Below are positions 20,812 through 32,374 of a DNA stretch of 64,000 nt, piece by piece. The notes under the pieces are model-generated. The model searched no databases and was not told the DNA's origin. It saw only the letters and a program-made list of their open reading frames with translations. Each line of letters begins with the position of its first letter. Within the stretch, counting starts at the first letter, position 1. Origin of the DNA: an uncultured Chloroflexia bacterium (GTDB lineage: Bacteria > Chloroflexota > UBA6077 > JACCZL01); contig CAVXYC010000030.1 in NCBI GenBank assembly GCA_963765765.1, positions 32,001 through 96,000 of the forward strand, in the 5' to 3' direction. The translations under genes and the position numbers were made by a program.

Positions 20812-21960
20812 CTATTTAAAGAACATCTGGTCGAACTTCTCGGCGTACTCATTGTTTCGATTGATCTGATCTGACGTGCGCCGCTGGGGCTTGATGTCGT
20901 TAATCGATGGCCAACCGGGCGGAGCTGGAGCCGTCCGGAGCGCCGGGTACACCTGCACCTTCTCGGCGATGACCTGCTGGCCCTCCGGCGAGGTCCAGTA
21001 GCTCACGTAGAGCTTGGCCAGGTCCTGGCCAGGCGCGTCCTTGACCACACCGAGGTTGGTGGTGACGTTGGTGGAGCCGCCGTCCTGAAGCCAGCTCACC
21101 TTCACAGGACCATTCTTCTCCAGATCGAAGATCTCCTTCGTGATGGAGACGGGCATGAACATCGCGTATTCGCCGCGTGCAATCTGCGCGGGAGCGGCGT
21201 CTCGTTCTCGAACGAATGTGGGCTCCTGCGCCTTGAGCTTCTCGAGGTAGTCGGAGCCAAGCTCGTCATAGGTGATGGTGAAGAACTCGATGCCCGGACC
21301 GCCCGCGCGCGGGTCCTCGATGAGGAGTTTGCCCTTGCCTTTCCAGAACGGATCTAGAAGATCCTGGCGAGACTTCGGGAGCTTTTCGGCGGGTACGAGG
21401 TTGGTGTTGATCACGAGGCCGTAAACGCCTTCGCTGTATCCCCAGCGGGTCTTATCGGCCGTAAGAGGCAGCTCCGGGAGATCAGACTTGTTCGGCGGCC
21501 CTTCCCACTCCGCGAGGAACCCGGGTTGTTCTACACCCAGCATCGTGGTGGCGCCGGCGCTGGCAACGTTGGCGATATATTTGCCGCTACTTGATTCTGC
21601 GGTCAATCGTTGAATCAGTTCCGGACCTCGGAGACTGACCATCTCCACTTCGGTGCCCGGGTATTTCTGACGGAAGGCCGCGGCCATGGGCTCGTACTCG
21701 GGGCCGACGCCTCCGCCGTAGTGAACGATCTTCATCTCGCCGCTAGTCTTGGCACGCTGGTAGTACTCATCCAGCTTGCTAGTTGGCTCGGCTTTCGGCT
21801 GCGCCGCCTGCGGCGCAGGGGCTGAAGCAGCGGCTGGATTGGCAGTCGTCTGGGCCGGCTTGCTTGGCGCCGAGGTGGGCGCCGGAGCGGCGGCGGGGGA
21901 GCAGGCACTGGCAGCAACGGCGAGGATTGCGATCGCTTTCAGCGAGGAAGTCCGAAACAT
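20812..21960 (-). CDS. ABC substrate-binding lipoprotein (AfuA/SBP_bac_6-like)
   Basis: Lipobox ASAC, Ala/Pro linker, INTNLV, DLLDPFWKG, AKLYVSYWTSPEGQ. Confidence 0.88.
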   Translation of the reverse strand: MFRTSSLKAIAILAVAASACSPAAAPAPTSAPSKPAQTTANPAAASAPAPQAAQPKAEPTSKLDEYYQRAKTSGEMKIVHYGGGVGPEYEPMAAAFRQKYPGTEVEMVSLRGPELIQRLTAESSSGKYIANVASAGATTMLGVEQPGFLAEWEGPPNKSDLPELPLTADKTRWGYSEGVYGLVINTNLVPAEKLPKSRQDLLDPFWKGKGKLLIEDPRAGGPGIEFFTITYDELGSDYLEKLKAQEPTFVRERDAAPAQIARGEYAMFMPVSITKEIFDLEKNGPVKVSWLQDGGSTNVTTNLGVVKDAPGQDLAKLYVSYWTSPEGQQVIAEKVQVYPALRTAPAPPGWPSINDIKPQRRTSDQINRNNEYAEKFDQMFFK

Positions 21961-21974
21961 CAGGAACCTCCGTC

Positions 21975-22060
21975 TTAGGGGCTAAGGGCTGAGGGCCAGG
22001 AGCAGGAGGAGCGATGAATTCAACGTCCCCTAGCCCCTCATCTCTAACTCCTAATTCCCA
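21975..22060. repeat. Degenerate inverted heptamer tandem arrays (STRR-like)
   Basis: TAGGGGC TAAGGGC TGAGGGC CAGGAGC, then CCCCTAG CCCCTCA TCTCTAA CTCCTAA. Confidence 0.5.
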
Positions 22061-23145
22061 TTGGGATAAATGACTGCCTTTACCACCTCATACTTAGCCA
22101 TCGCCTGGATGGCATCGTTGACCTCGTCCAGCGAGTAGCTGGCGCTAATCATCTGCTCAAAGGGGTACTTGTCGCGTCGCGATGCCAGGAAGTCCAGCGC
22201 CTGGAGCCAGTGGCGCGGCTCTCCAGACATGATCGTGTAAACGGTGCCTTCGCGCGGGAGCTGGTTCACGTCGATGGACGCTTTACCACCGCCGCCGATG
22301 TTGACATAGCGACCGCCTGTGCGGAGCATATTCAGGCCTTCGGGCACGGCCAGTGAGTTGGCAACCTGAATGACCACGTCCGCGCCACGACCGTCGGTGT
22401 GGTCGCGGACCCAAGTGCGACGGTCTGCCGGGTCTGTCACGTCTTCCAGGTCCAGCACGTCATCGGTGCCCATCTCTCGAGCCACATGCAGGCGTGCCGC
22501 TGGTGCGCCGATCATCAGGACCTGCTTGGCGCCGTGATCGCGTGCCACGGCAGCGGCAAAGTTGCCCAGAGGACCGCTGCCCTGAATCACCACCGTCTCG
22601 TGCGGCTTGACCGCGCCCAGGTTATCGAAGCCGTGCATCACCGTTCGGAATGAGCACGCCGCGGCCGCCGCCAACGGAGACGAGACCGCGTCAGGCACCT
22701 TGACGATGAGGCATTCCTTGGGAACGTACATGTACTCGCTGACGCTGCCAAGCAGATAGGGTGCCTCATCGCTGCGATGATGGCCCCATGACATGCGACC
22801 GGGGCAGGCGCACGGCTGGCAGGCCACGGCGCACCAGTAGCAGGATCCGCAGGCGACGTAGCTCCAGATCACCCGGTCGCCTTTCTTCAGTGGCTGACCG
22901 AGAATGTCGGTGCGCTCGCCGGCAATGTCTTCGATGAAGCCACACGGTTCATGCCCGGTGATCATCGGCAGCGTATCGCCCTGTGCCAGCGGTCCATGCC
23001 ATCGATGCACGTCCGTGCCGCAGATGGTGGATGCGTCGATTTTGACCAGGAGCGATCCGGGGTTGAGATCCGGGATCGGAACGTTTTGAATCTGGAGCGG
23101 CTCGTTGAGTGCGGTGATAATGGCCGCGCGCGAAAATTCTGGCAT
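22051..23145 (-). CDS. Zinc-dependent alcohol dehydrogenase (MDR)
   Basis: ICGTD, GHE, CGSCYWC...C, GSGPLG. Confidence 0.93.
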   Translation of the reverse strand: MPEFSRAAIITALNEPLQIQNVPIPDLNPGSLLVKIDASTICGTDVHRWHGPLAQGDTLPMITGHEPCGFIEDIAGERTDILGQPLKKGDRVIWSYVACGSCYWCAVACQPCACPGRMSWGHHRSDEAPYLLGSVSEYMYVPKECLIVKVPDAVSSPLAAAAACSFRTVMHGFDNLGAVKPHETVVIQGSGPLGNFAAAVARDHGAKQVLMIGAPAARLHVAREMGTDDVLDLEDVTDPADRRTWVRDHTDGRGADVVIQVANSLAVPEGLNMLRTGGRYVNIGGGGKASIDVNQLPREGTVYTIMSGEPRHWLQALDFLASRRDKYPFEQMISASYSLDEVNDAIQAMAKYEVVKAVIYPNGN

Positions 23146-23297
23146 GTGTCCTCCCTGGTTACCACGGTTGCGTGTTCGGCCGATGCCGAATGCGCAGCGA
23201 CGAGGCCATCATAGCGCCGCTGAGATACTCAGTCACTCTTGATCGCCCCAGCATCTGAAAACCTGTCAAGAGCCCACGAGATCCGCCGTTAGCGGCT

Positions 23298-24251
23298 TTA
23301 CAGCACCCCGATCTCTTTGTAGTACTGCCGGGCTCCATCATGGAGAGGGGCGCCAGTGATCTTCTCATCCCACTGACGATCGATCTGACCCGTAAGGGAG
23401 GTCCAATAGGTGGGCTCGATGATGGGCAGCACCCCACGCACCCCGTAGTCCATCTGGATTGAGGAGAGCTCAATGTCGCGTTTCTTGAGATCGATCGCTT
23501 TGGCCAGGCTGTAGGCGATCTCATCGTCCAGCCGTTCGTGGCAGCTTACGACGATATGCGAGTCGTCGGGCGAGATGAGGTTTGTGGTGATGCCGGGAAG
23601 GAACCCGACGGGCGTGGTGATACGCCGCAGGCCTAGCTCTGACTCGAGCTTGGCCATCACGTCTTCGCGGAGATCGAGGAATCGGTATCCGTGCTGAGCA
23701 ACCCAGGTCCACGCGGAGAAGTCGTAGGCGCTGCCATCGCCGAAGAACGCATCGAGCTCACCGCGATCACGTCGCTCTTTGGCGTCACGCGCCGTATGCT
23801 CCATGGAGCCAATGCTCCCACCCCAGGAACGGATGTCTCCGTAAGAGAAGCCGTAGGCCTTGAGGAACGGCTCGGTGGAGCCCGTCTGTGCGACCATTTT
23901 GAGCGCGGGCTTCCGTTCAGCCAGCTCTTCGAACGTGGAGATATTCAGCTCGGGCGCCACGGCAAAGAGTAGTCGGTCTTCCTGAGGCAGCCAGGCGATA
24001 GTCCTCAGCCAGGGCCTGGCAGGCCCGTTGCTGAAGAAGCCGCGCCCGTTGAACTGATGCTCATTGTTCACCGACTTCGTGTAGACGATATCGACCTCGC
24101 CCTCAGCCAGCCCTTCATCCCCGCGACGGCCGACGAGCACCGTTGCGGTCACCGACATCAGCTCGGAGAGACCTCTGCCGATAGCCTGAGTGAAGCGGAA
24201 CTGCGTGGACCACGATGCATTGAATCGAATTGGTTTCGGTGCCTCGGCCAT
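23298..24251 (-). CDS. TAXI-fold solute-binding-like protein without a signal peptide
   Basis: LRTIAWLPQED, ISTFEEL, LDDEIAYSLAKAI, APLHDGARQYYKEIG. Confidence 0.65.
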   Translation of the reverse strand: MAEAPKPIRFNASWSTQFRFTQAIGRGLSELMSVTATVLVGRRGDEGLAEGEVDIVYTKSVNNEHQFNGRGFFSNGPARPWLRTIAWLPQEDRLLFAVAPELNISTFEELAERKPALKMVAQTGSTEPFLKAYGFSYGDIRSWGGSIGSMEHTARDAKERRDRGELDAFFGDGSAYDFSAWTWVAQHGYRFLDLREDVMAKLESELGLRRITTPVGFLPGITTNLISPDDSHIVVSCHERLDDEIAYSLAKAIDLKKRDIELSSIQMDYGVRGVLPIIEPTYWTSLTGQIDRQWDEKITGAPLHDGARQYYKEIGVL

Positions 24252-24388
24252 GACGGTCTCCTTTGGTCAACAGTGACGGTCACTATTTAACACAGTGCGC
24301 CGAATGTGGCGCCGCGAGTACGGTGTCTCGCGACTCGATACCCGGCAACCGGATGATGCCAGGCGGCGACAACACCTGAGGTCGACCC

Positions 24389-26685
24389 TCAGCGAGATCG
24401 CCCGCGGCGCGGCGGATGCAGCTCCATGGAAACCGTGAGTGGGCCTCGGAGACCAAGCACGTCTACAGCCACGTTGCCATTGGCTGCCCGGTCGAATCGT
24501 AAATCGACGCTGCAATCGGCGACTTGAAGCCGGTGGACTTCGAGGTGATGAACGAATTCGGGCAGTACGGGCCGAACGATGCGAAGCCGACGCTCGAAGC
24601 CGTCCGCTACCAGTCCGAGCATCGTTCGAACGAGATAAGGGACGCTGCCGGCGGCCCAGGCCTGAGGACGACATGCCACGGGATAGCTCACCGGCACTCC
24701 GTATTCGCTGCGTGAAAAGCCCATGAACAGCTCGGGAAGCCGGTAGTCAGAGAAGAGCATCGCGGCGCCAATGACGCCGTCAACGAGCTTCATGGTCTCC
24801 TCATTGAACCCGTAGCGCTTGAATCCGGCAGCAATGATCGAGTTGTCGTGGGGCCAGACCGTGCCCAGGTGGTACCCGGTTGGGTTGTAGGTTATCTCGC
24901 GATCTGAGAGTGTCCTGACACCCCAGCCGGAGAACATGTCAGGCGACATGAGCCTCCTGACTGTTTTCTCCGCTTTGTCCTCCTCCGCTATTCCGGACCA
25001 GAGTACGTGACCGGGGTTGGACGTGAACGAGTCTACGGGCTCCTTGCTGGCCTGCAGCGCGAGCGCGTAAAAGCCCTTATCCTCCAGCCAGAAGTCGCGG
25101 TTGAGGCGGAGGCGCAGGTCCTCCGCCTCACGAAGCAAACTCTTGGCCCGTTCTGGATCACCGGCTCGGTGGAATAGATCGGCCAGATCCACCTTGGCAC
25201 GATAAACGTAGGCTTGGGCCTCCAGCGCCGCTATCGGCGGGCGAGCCAGTGTGCCATCCGCGTTTGGCATGCCGTCCCACGAGTCGCGCCACCCCTGGTT
25301 GGTGAGCCCCACGCCCGATCGCCGTTCATATTCGATGTAGCCATCCTGGTCAGGATCGCCAAATGTGGAGATCCAGGTCAGCGCGCGCTCGATGTTCTCC
25401 CGCGTTCGTGAAAAAGCGACAAACTTCCCGTCCACGAAGCATGCCAGGCGATAAGCAGAAGAAACAGAGGTGTGGCATCCACTGATCCGTAATACGGTGT
25501 ATGTGGAACCTCCCCAGTGCGAGCCATTTCGCCCGTGCGAAGCTCGTGAAGGATCTTGCCAGGTTCTTCGTCGCGCCATTCATTCACTTCGCGTCCCTGG
25601 TAGCTGGCCAGAACCCGCAAAGTCTGTTCGGCGATGCGAGGATCGAAGGCGAGTGTCTGGAGAGCGGTGATCAGACTATCGCGACCGAAGAGCGTGGCGA
25701 ACCACGGAACCCCCGCCGCGAAGTACTCATGATCGCCTACTTTGCTGCGGAGCATGCGCAAGTCGCGCAGTGAGCGATCCACGATGGCATTGAGCGTGAG
25801 GCTGCTGCCGCCGATCTGGGTCTCACCCGCACGCCAATCATCAGACGCACGCCGCAAGTGAGCCTGGAATCCACGCAGGTCCGGTGACCGGTTCGGCAGA
25901 CTTCTCACTTCGTGAGGCAGTTCGGACGCCGCAAGTGAGACGAGCAGCTTTTTACTACTGCGCGGTCCCAGCATGATGCGGAAGTTCCCGGTATTAGACG
26001 TCGGTCGTCGAGGCTGTACCGAGAAACTAATGGCCAGGCTGCGGTGGAGTCCATCTGTTCCGTTGTAGGTAAAGAGCAATTGATGATTTTGCCAGCGTGG
26101 AGGCTTGAGCGATCCTCGGCGCTCGCTGATGGCGCCCCGCACGGCAAACACATCTTCGAAGCCGGCCTGAAATGTCAGTGCGAGCGGGAAGGAGATCGGC
26201 TCGGCACCGTAATTGTGAAAGGTGAACAGATCGTGAACGACGAGCTCATCATGTTGGATAGTCCGCTCCCGCTCGATAGCGAGGTGCTCCTTGTTCAGCA
26301 TCCGTCCATCAGGAAGCAGAATCTCCTGAATCGAAAGCTGCGAGATTGACATATATCCGTGCTGGGTGCTCGAAAGCAGCGTATCCGGGCGAGCACCCGC
26401 GATCGTGATCTCCTATCCATTGAGATATCTGCAATCGTGGTAGTAGAGGCCGAGGCCGTGTGGTCCCCCCAGCGGGATCAGACCTCCCCGTTCGCTCAGA
26501 AGGAAGATGTCACCTTCCTTGAGCGTGACGGCATCGGCGATGCTGCGAGTGATCGACGCGGTCTCCGCGAGCACGCGCTGCCGACGCGCCAGCTCGGTGT
26601 CCCCACCCGACAACTCGGAGCCGTTGACCTCTGTTGCTATCTGGAGACTTCTACCAGCCAGGAGATCATCGGACGACTGAAGCAT
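24389..26685 (-). pseudogene. Amylo-alpha-1,6-glucosidase / glycogen debranching enzyme; in-frame TAG at 26415-26413 and a frameshift about 25395
   Basis: GLYYHDCRYLNG*EITIAG in frame with the next ORF; AAGVPWFATLFGRDS, EPGKILHE, NQGWRDS, YHLGTVWPHDN, RLPELF, PQAWAAG. Confidence 0.85.
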
Positions 26686-27002
26686 GAATACCCTTGCGCT
26701 GGAACGTAGTTGTCATGTCGAAATTTCCTGGGAGATCATCACGGCTGTTTCCCGACATAGCTGGCTGCTGGCAGAACTAAAGGATTGGTCGAGTGGTGCA
26801 GGCACATCCGGAGCGCCGTCGCACATGAGAGTTCGCACTTCCCGCGCCACACGGATGGATCGTGTGACCCCGTGCCATGGCGCAGATTTTGCGCCTGTCG
26901 GCCAAGCGAGGTGCGCGAGAACCGCCCTGGCGTGGATTCTTCAGGCGCGGCCCTGATCCCGTAATCGCACGTCGTTCATTCAGGAACTCGAGGTGACCGC
27001 AG

Positions 27003-28175
27003 ATGATTCGGCCGCTCCCGCTGTTCAGCTTACTGGGCCTATTGGCAATCTTCGTAGCCGCCTGCTCAGGCGGGGCTGGTGCGACGCCCACTACTGCATC
27101 CAAGGCGGACGCCAAGCCGACGCAGGGCGCCGCCGCCGCTGGAAGTCCCGCGGCAGCCGCGGCATCTCCCGCGGCGGTGGCATCTCCAGCGGCAGCCGCC
27201 GCGTCTTCGAGTGCCTCGGGCGCCCGCCCGGCGCAGGATCCCGGGCCGTGCGTATCAGCAAATGCCACGAAGCCTGTACCGAGTGGCAAGGCGCGCATGG
27301 TCATAGCCACGGGCGGCACGGGGGGCGTGTACTTTCCTTATGGTGGCGGACTGGCGCGTATCGTCACAGCCAAAATGCCGAACACCGAGATGACCGCGGA
27401 AGTCACCGGCGGCTCCGTGGACAACATGAAGCTGATCAACAATGGTGATGCCGATGTGGGAATGACCACGGCGGACTCTGCTTACGATGCGTTCAATGGA
27501 ACCGACGTCTACAAGGACACGGGCAAGATTCCCGCATGCGCCGTGGCCTCGCTTTATCAGAGCTACATTCACATCATCTCTCTCACGGATTCCAATATCA
27601 GGACCGTGCAAGACATGAAGGGCAAGCGGATCTCGGTCGGATCCGCGGGGAGTAGCACCGAGGGGGCAGCGGACCGTATTCTGGAGGTTGCTGGACTGGA
27701 TCCTCGTCGCGATATCACGCGAGACAACCTGGGTGTTGCTGAATCGGCCGCGGCGATGAAAGACCGAAAGGTCGAAGCAATGTTCTGGATTGGCGGTCTA
27801 CCAACGGCGGCTGTGACTGACCTGGTGACATCCCCGGGGATTCGCGTCACGTTCGTTCCTGGTGTGCCATACATCCAACCGCTCAATGCAAAGTTCGGCC
27901 CGCTCTACACGTCGTTTGCCCTGCCCCGCGCTACGTATGCGGGTCTGGACGCCGATGTCCCCGGTATCGGCATTGCGAATATCCTCTTCGTCAACGCCAA
28001 CATGAACGAGGGCCAGGTCGGCGAGTTTCTCAAGACGATCTTCGACAACCTCGCTGAGGTATCCCAGATCCACCCCGAAGCCCGGTCTCTGAATCTGAAG
28101 GACGCCGCAACGCCCACGTCCATCCCATTCCATCCCGGCGCGATCAAGTTCTATCAAGAGCGCGGTGTCTGGTGA
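27003..28175 (+). CDS. TAXI-family TRAP transporter solute-binding lipoprotein
   Basis: VAAC lipobox, IATGGTGGVYFPYG, TGGSVDN, GSAGSSTE, IPFHPGAIKFY. Confidence 0.93.
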   Translation: MIRPLPLFSLLGLLAIFVAACSGGAGATPTTASKADAKPTQGAAAAGSPAAAAASPAAVASPAAAAASSSASGARPAQDPGPCVSANATKPVPSGKARMVIATGGTGGVYFPYGGGLARIVTAKMPNTEMTAEVTGGSVDNMKLINNGDADVGMTTADSAYDAFNGTDVYKDTGKIPACAVASLYQSYIHIISLTDSNIRTVQDMKGKRISVGSAGSSTEGAADRILEVAGLDPRRDITRDNLGVAESAAAMKDRKVEAMFWIGGLPTAAVTDLVTSPGIRVTFVPGVPYIQPLNAKFGPLYTSFALPRATYAGLDADVPGIGIANILFVNANMNEGQVGEFLKTIFDNLAEVSQIHPEARSLNLKDAATPTSIPFHPGAIKFYQERGVW

Positions 28176-28295
28176 TCAGCGAATCCACAGGGACGGCGGC
28201 CAGTCATCCGTGGGGGAGTGTGTGAGCTCGCTCACCTGGAATCGGCCGATAGAGACATCAATCACGATTCGGGTCGTGGTGTAGTCGGCCCGCTC

Positions 28296-30667
28296 ATGGC
28301 CGCACGCGGACGGACCGAGGCCCCCGGCGAGGTTGATGACGCGATCTCGAATGATCGCGTCAATCAAATTATCGAAGAGTACGAGTCCGAGTCACGCACG
28401 GAGCGTCGGACCGGTTTCTGGGGTCTGCTGGCTTGGGTGCTGGCCGCGGCTATCTCGATCTACGCGCTGTATTGGACTCAGTACAGCGTCACCACCCACG
28501 TATATCGCGCCACATTCCTCCTGCTGGTGCTGGTGCTTTCGTTCGTGCTCTATGCCATTCATGGTCGTCGGAGCTTGATCGAGTTTCTCGTCACGGTGGG
28601 GATCGGCGTCGGGCTTTTCGGCGTTTACTGGCCGACCGCGCCCGCCGCTGCTAAAGCGCGCTTTTTTGAGGATCTCACCCAACCAGCGGTGCTTGGTGGG
28701 ATCATCATCACGCTGGCCGGGTTAGCCCTGTACGCGTATCGAACTCGACGAGATAGTCGCGCGGTACCCGCGTATGACGTAGCCCTATGTCTTGCTTCGA
28801 TCGTTAGCCTGACGTTTCTCGTGATGAACTACGAGTCCGCGCTTCAGCGCATTGTGAATCCCACGGCCATGGAAGTGTCCATGGGTATCTTGCTGGTTGT
28901 GGTGATCCTGGAGGCCACGCGACGGACTGCGGGATGGGCCCTTCCACTCACCGGGGTGCTCTTCCTTCTATACGGATTTCTCGGCCCATATGTGCCCGAG
29001 CCGTTCGACCATCGCGGATACGCAGTACCGAGGATCATCGGTCAGAATTTCCTGACGCTTGAAGGCATTTTTGGCGTCCCGCTGGATGTGGCCGCGACGT
29101 TCATCGTCCTTTTTACGATCTACGGCGCGGTGCTCGAGTACAGCGGCGCGGGCAAGTTCTTTATCGACTGGTCGTTCGCGGCACTCGGAAACTCACGCAG
29201 CGGCTCCGGGCCCGGACGTACGACGGTGGCCGACCGGATTCCTCCTGGGGACGGTCTCCGGTAGCGGTGTAGCAACCACAGTCACGTTGGGCTCCCTTGC
29301 GTGGCCGATGCTCCGCCGAGCGGGCTACGACCGCGATACCGCTGGCGGTGTTCTGGCAGCCTCGGGTCTGGGCGCGATTCTCTCGCCGCCTACACTGGGT
29401 GCGGCGGCTTTCTTGATCGCCGAGTACTTGCGCATCTCATATCTCGAAGTGCTCGTCATGGCTATCGTCCCGACGATCCTCTATTACCTGTCCTGCCTGC
29501 TGATGATTGAGGCGGACTCTCGGCGCATGGGTACACGGGCCGTGGAAGTGCAGTCCATGGCGCTCGGCGAGCTCACGCTGAAGTACGGCTACCACTTCTC
29601 ATCACTCGTCGCCGTCGCCATCTTAATGGCAATTGGGCTTACGCCGTACATGGCCGTGTTCTGGTCCATCGTTGTGGCGTTCACTCTGAGCTTTGTACGA
29701 CCCGAGACACGCTTGACGTCACTGGGCGCGCTCGCGGTCGGCTGCGTCGTTGGCGTGGTGGTCCTTGTGACCGGTGAAATTCCTTCGCGTGCCGCCTTCT
29801 GGGCCATGATGACCGCGGCGGGGGTTGTGACTGTCATAGCTGTGCTGAGGGCTCTGAACGTAGGCGTTGCGATCCCCGCATTCGGCGCACCCGGATCTGG
29901 TGACTTCCGCTTGCTCAAAGCGTTCGAGTCGGGCGGGCGAGGGACGCTCTCAGTTGCTGCCACGACAGCCGCGGCTGGACTGATCGTCTCCATCGTCACA
30001 CTCACCGGACTTGGACTGAAGATCTCCGGAATCATCGTGGCGCTATCAGGCGGTATTCCGCTGCTGACCGTTCTGTATGCAGCACTGGCCGTATGGGTGC
30101 TGGGTCTGGCAGTACCAGTCACTGCTTCCTACATCATCGCGGCGGTGATGATCGTACCGGCGCTTCGAGAGATTGGCGTGCCGGAGGCGGCCGCACATAT
30201 GTTCATCTTCTACTACGCGGTTCTCTCGGATGTCTCCCCGCCTACGGCGCTCTCTCCATTTGCCGCCGCCGCGATCACGGGTGGCAATCCCTTCCGCACA
30301 ATGATGCGCACCTGGAAGTACTGCCTGCCCGGCATTCCTTGTGCCATTCATGTTCACGCTGAACCGCGATGGCGCCACTCTGTTGCTCCTAGGTGATGGC
30401 GGTGTCCTATCAGCGAACCCCCTGATCGCTATCTGGACCTTCCTCACCGCATGCATCGCCGTGGCGGCGTTGGCCGTCACGTTCGGCGGATGGTTCATCC
30501 ATCAGGCAACCATGCCGGAGCGCGTGCTCATGGCCGCGGGCGGTCTTGCGCTGCTCTACGCCAGTACGACGACAGACCTTATTGGGGCGGCTTTGCTGCT
30601 CCTCGCCGCTGCCTTGCATATCATGCGCCCGCGAAGAAGCCAACCGTCACTCACGCCGTCAACGTAG
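28296..30667 (+). CDS. TRAP fused permease (4TM/12TM), frameshifts about 29230 and 30330
   Basis: LEATRR, EGIFGVP, GTVSGSGVAT, ILSPPTLGAAAF, AHMFIFYYAVLSDVSPP. Confidence 0.9.
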
Positions 30668-30704
30668 GCATTGGTTCTTCTCCTGCTAGAGGCCGCGTAC
30701 GGGG

Positions 30705-30905
30705 TTAGTGCCAGGTGCCCAGGATGGCGCCCATCATGGTGAAGGTCACTACGTGATACCTGGCGTCAATGGCCAGCAGTCTGAGAGGGCGTCGCGCGAA
30801 CATGAATGTGGTTCCGAGCGACGTGGCCACCTAAGTGAACCCGACGAGGAAGCCGGCGGTTATGCCGAATGCGAGATCCGCGGATGGACCAAGAAACATG
30901 GTCGG
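30705..30905 (-). pseudogene. DUF1761-like membrane protein, C-terminal remnant with in-frame TAG (30833-30831)
   Basis: MFLGPSADLAFGITAGFLVGFT*VATSLGTTFMFARRPLRLLAIDARYHVVTFTMMGAILGTWH*; N-terminal half not recognisable. Confidence 0.65.
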
Positions 30906-31390
30906 GCTCACCCCGGCAACGCGATGGATGACCGCCGGTGTGGCCTCGCCGGGCAGGACGTCACACTCCCGAGACGCTCCAGCAGTTCGGGGAGAAAGGG
31001 CGCGAGGCGTTTGCCACAGCCCGTCGGTGACCTCCAAGCAGGTTGCAGGAGTCGGACGTCGGCCGCCGTGGAGCGACGTGGGCGCCCGTGGGAGGTCCCG
31101 GCCCGGCCGCCTCCGCGGCCGGGCCGCGCAGCAACGCTCGGGCATAGACGCGATGGTAGCCGGTCGCCGCGCAGAACTCATCGAGGACGCGGCCCCGGTC
31201 CGATTTGGGACCACGCCGCTAGCGTGGCCGCACCGCCGCCGCATCGTCGCGCACGGTTGCTCGCTGCACGAATCCGGCCTCCCGTTCGAGAAGAAAACTT
31301 GTGATGCAATTCGAATCGTTGACAACCCGGACTCACGGGCCTACGCTGCTTGAGCCCAAAGCCAGCAAGTAGAATGGGAAGTGAAACGCA

Positions 31391-32374
31391 TTGGCAACGA
31401 TCACACTGGGGCTCGCTACATCGCGCAGTCCCATGCTCAGCATGCCGCCAGATCTCTGGAATCATCTGTGGGAGCGGGACACAAAGAGCTCGCGCCTTCT
31501 GGATCGGGACGGACAGTCGATCACATACGATGAGCTTCTGGCCTCGGCGGACCCGAAGATCGCCGACCTGGTCACGCAGCCAGCCTGGAATGAGACGTAC
31601 TCGGTAAGCCAGCGAGACCTGGAGACGCTGAAGACGCGACTGGCGGAGAGCCGGCCGGACGTCATCTTATTCATCGGCGACGATGAAGACGAGATCATCC
31701 ACGAGGACAATCGTCCGGCCATCCTGGTCTACACTGCCAGCGAGTGTCCGATCGTTCCAAGAACCATCGCTGATCCGTCAGACATCGTGGCCCGAGAGTC
31801 TTCCTGGCAATGGGGCTCTCAACCAGGCGTCTATCCCGTGGCGTCCGACTTGTGTTTGAGCCTGCTCCGCTCGCTGATCGAGCAAGACTTCGATGTTGCG
31901 CACTCGTCGGGATTCAACTCCGAAAAAGGCATGAGTCACGGCTTTGGGTTCCTCTATGAGCGGCTCATGCCTAAACCGATCGTGCCTATCGTTCCGCTCA
32001 TACTGAACGTCCATTGGCCGCCTAACCAGCCGACGCCGAAGCGCTTTTACAACATTGGTCAGGCGGCCCGACGCGCGGTTGAGCAATGGCCGGATGACCT
32101 GCGAGTGGCGGTCGTCGCGACTGGTGGATTGAGCGTGGGTCGTTTAGACGAAGAGCTGGACCGCCGCCTAGTGGAGGCGCTGCGAACGCATGACGTGGAT
32201 GCGTTGTCCGAGCTGCCCGCGGGTTGGAGGCAACGCTCCACGGGTGAAGTCCACGCCTGGATGGCTGCCGCCGGCGCCACCGAGCATCTGCAAATGAGCT
32301 TTCTGGAATACGTCCCGGGTTACCGTACTCCCGGCGGAACGGGCTGCGGACTTGGATTCGCGCTCTGGAGCTAA
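31391..32374 (+). CDS. LigB-fold (class III extradiol dioxygenase-like) protein with a degenerate active site
   Basis: LATSRSPML, RPDVILFIGDD, HGFGF, PPNQPTPKR, VATGGLS, Y.PGYRTPGGTGCG. Confidence 0.8.
   Translation: MATITLGLATSRSPMLSMPPDLWNHLWERDTKSSRLLDRDGQSITYDELLASADPKIADLVTQPAWNETYSVSQRDLETLKTRLAESRPDVILFIGDDEDEIIHEDNRPAILVYTASECPIVPRTIADPSDIVARESSWQWGSQPGVYPVASDLCLSLLRSLIEQDFDVAHSSGFNSEKGMSHGFGFLYERLMPKPIVPIVPLILNVHWPPNQPTPKRFYNIGQAARRAVEQWPDDLRVAVVATGGLSVGRLDEELDRRLVEALRTHDVDALSELPAGWRQRSTGEVHAWMAAAGATEHLQMSFLEYVPGYRTPGGTGCGLGFALWS

Noticed and set aside
26990-27250. GCC/GCG-rich repetitive tracts at SBP 5' ends as DNA repeats
   Set aside because: Explained by the Ala/Pro/Thr linker coding sequence.
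30708-31353. Three overlapping 160-200 aa ORFs as a novel gene
   Set aside because: Arg/Pro/Gly-rich composition without motifs; only the DUF1761-like remnant at 30705-30905 is supported.
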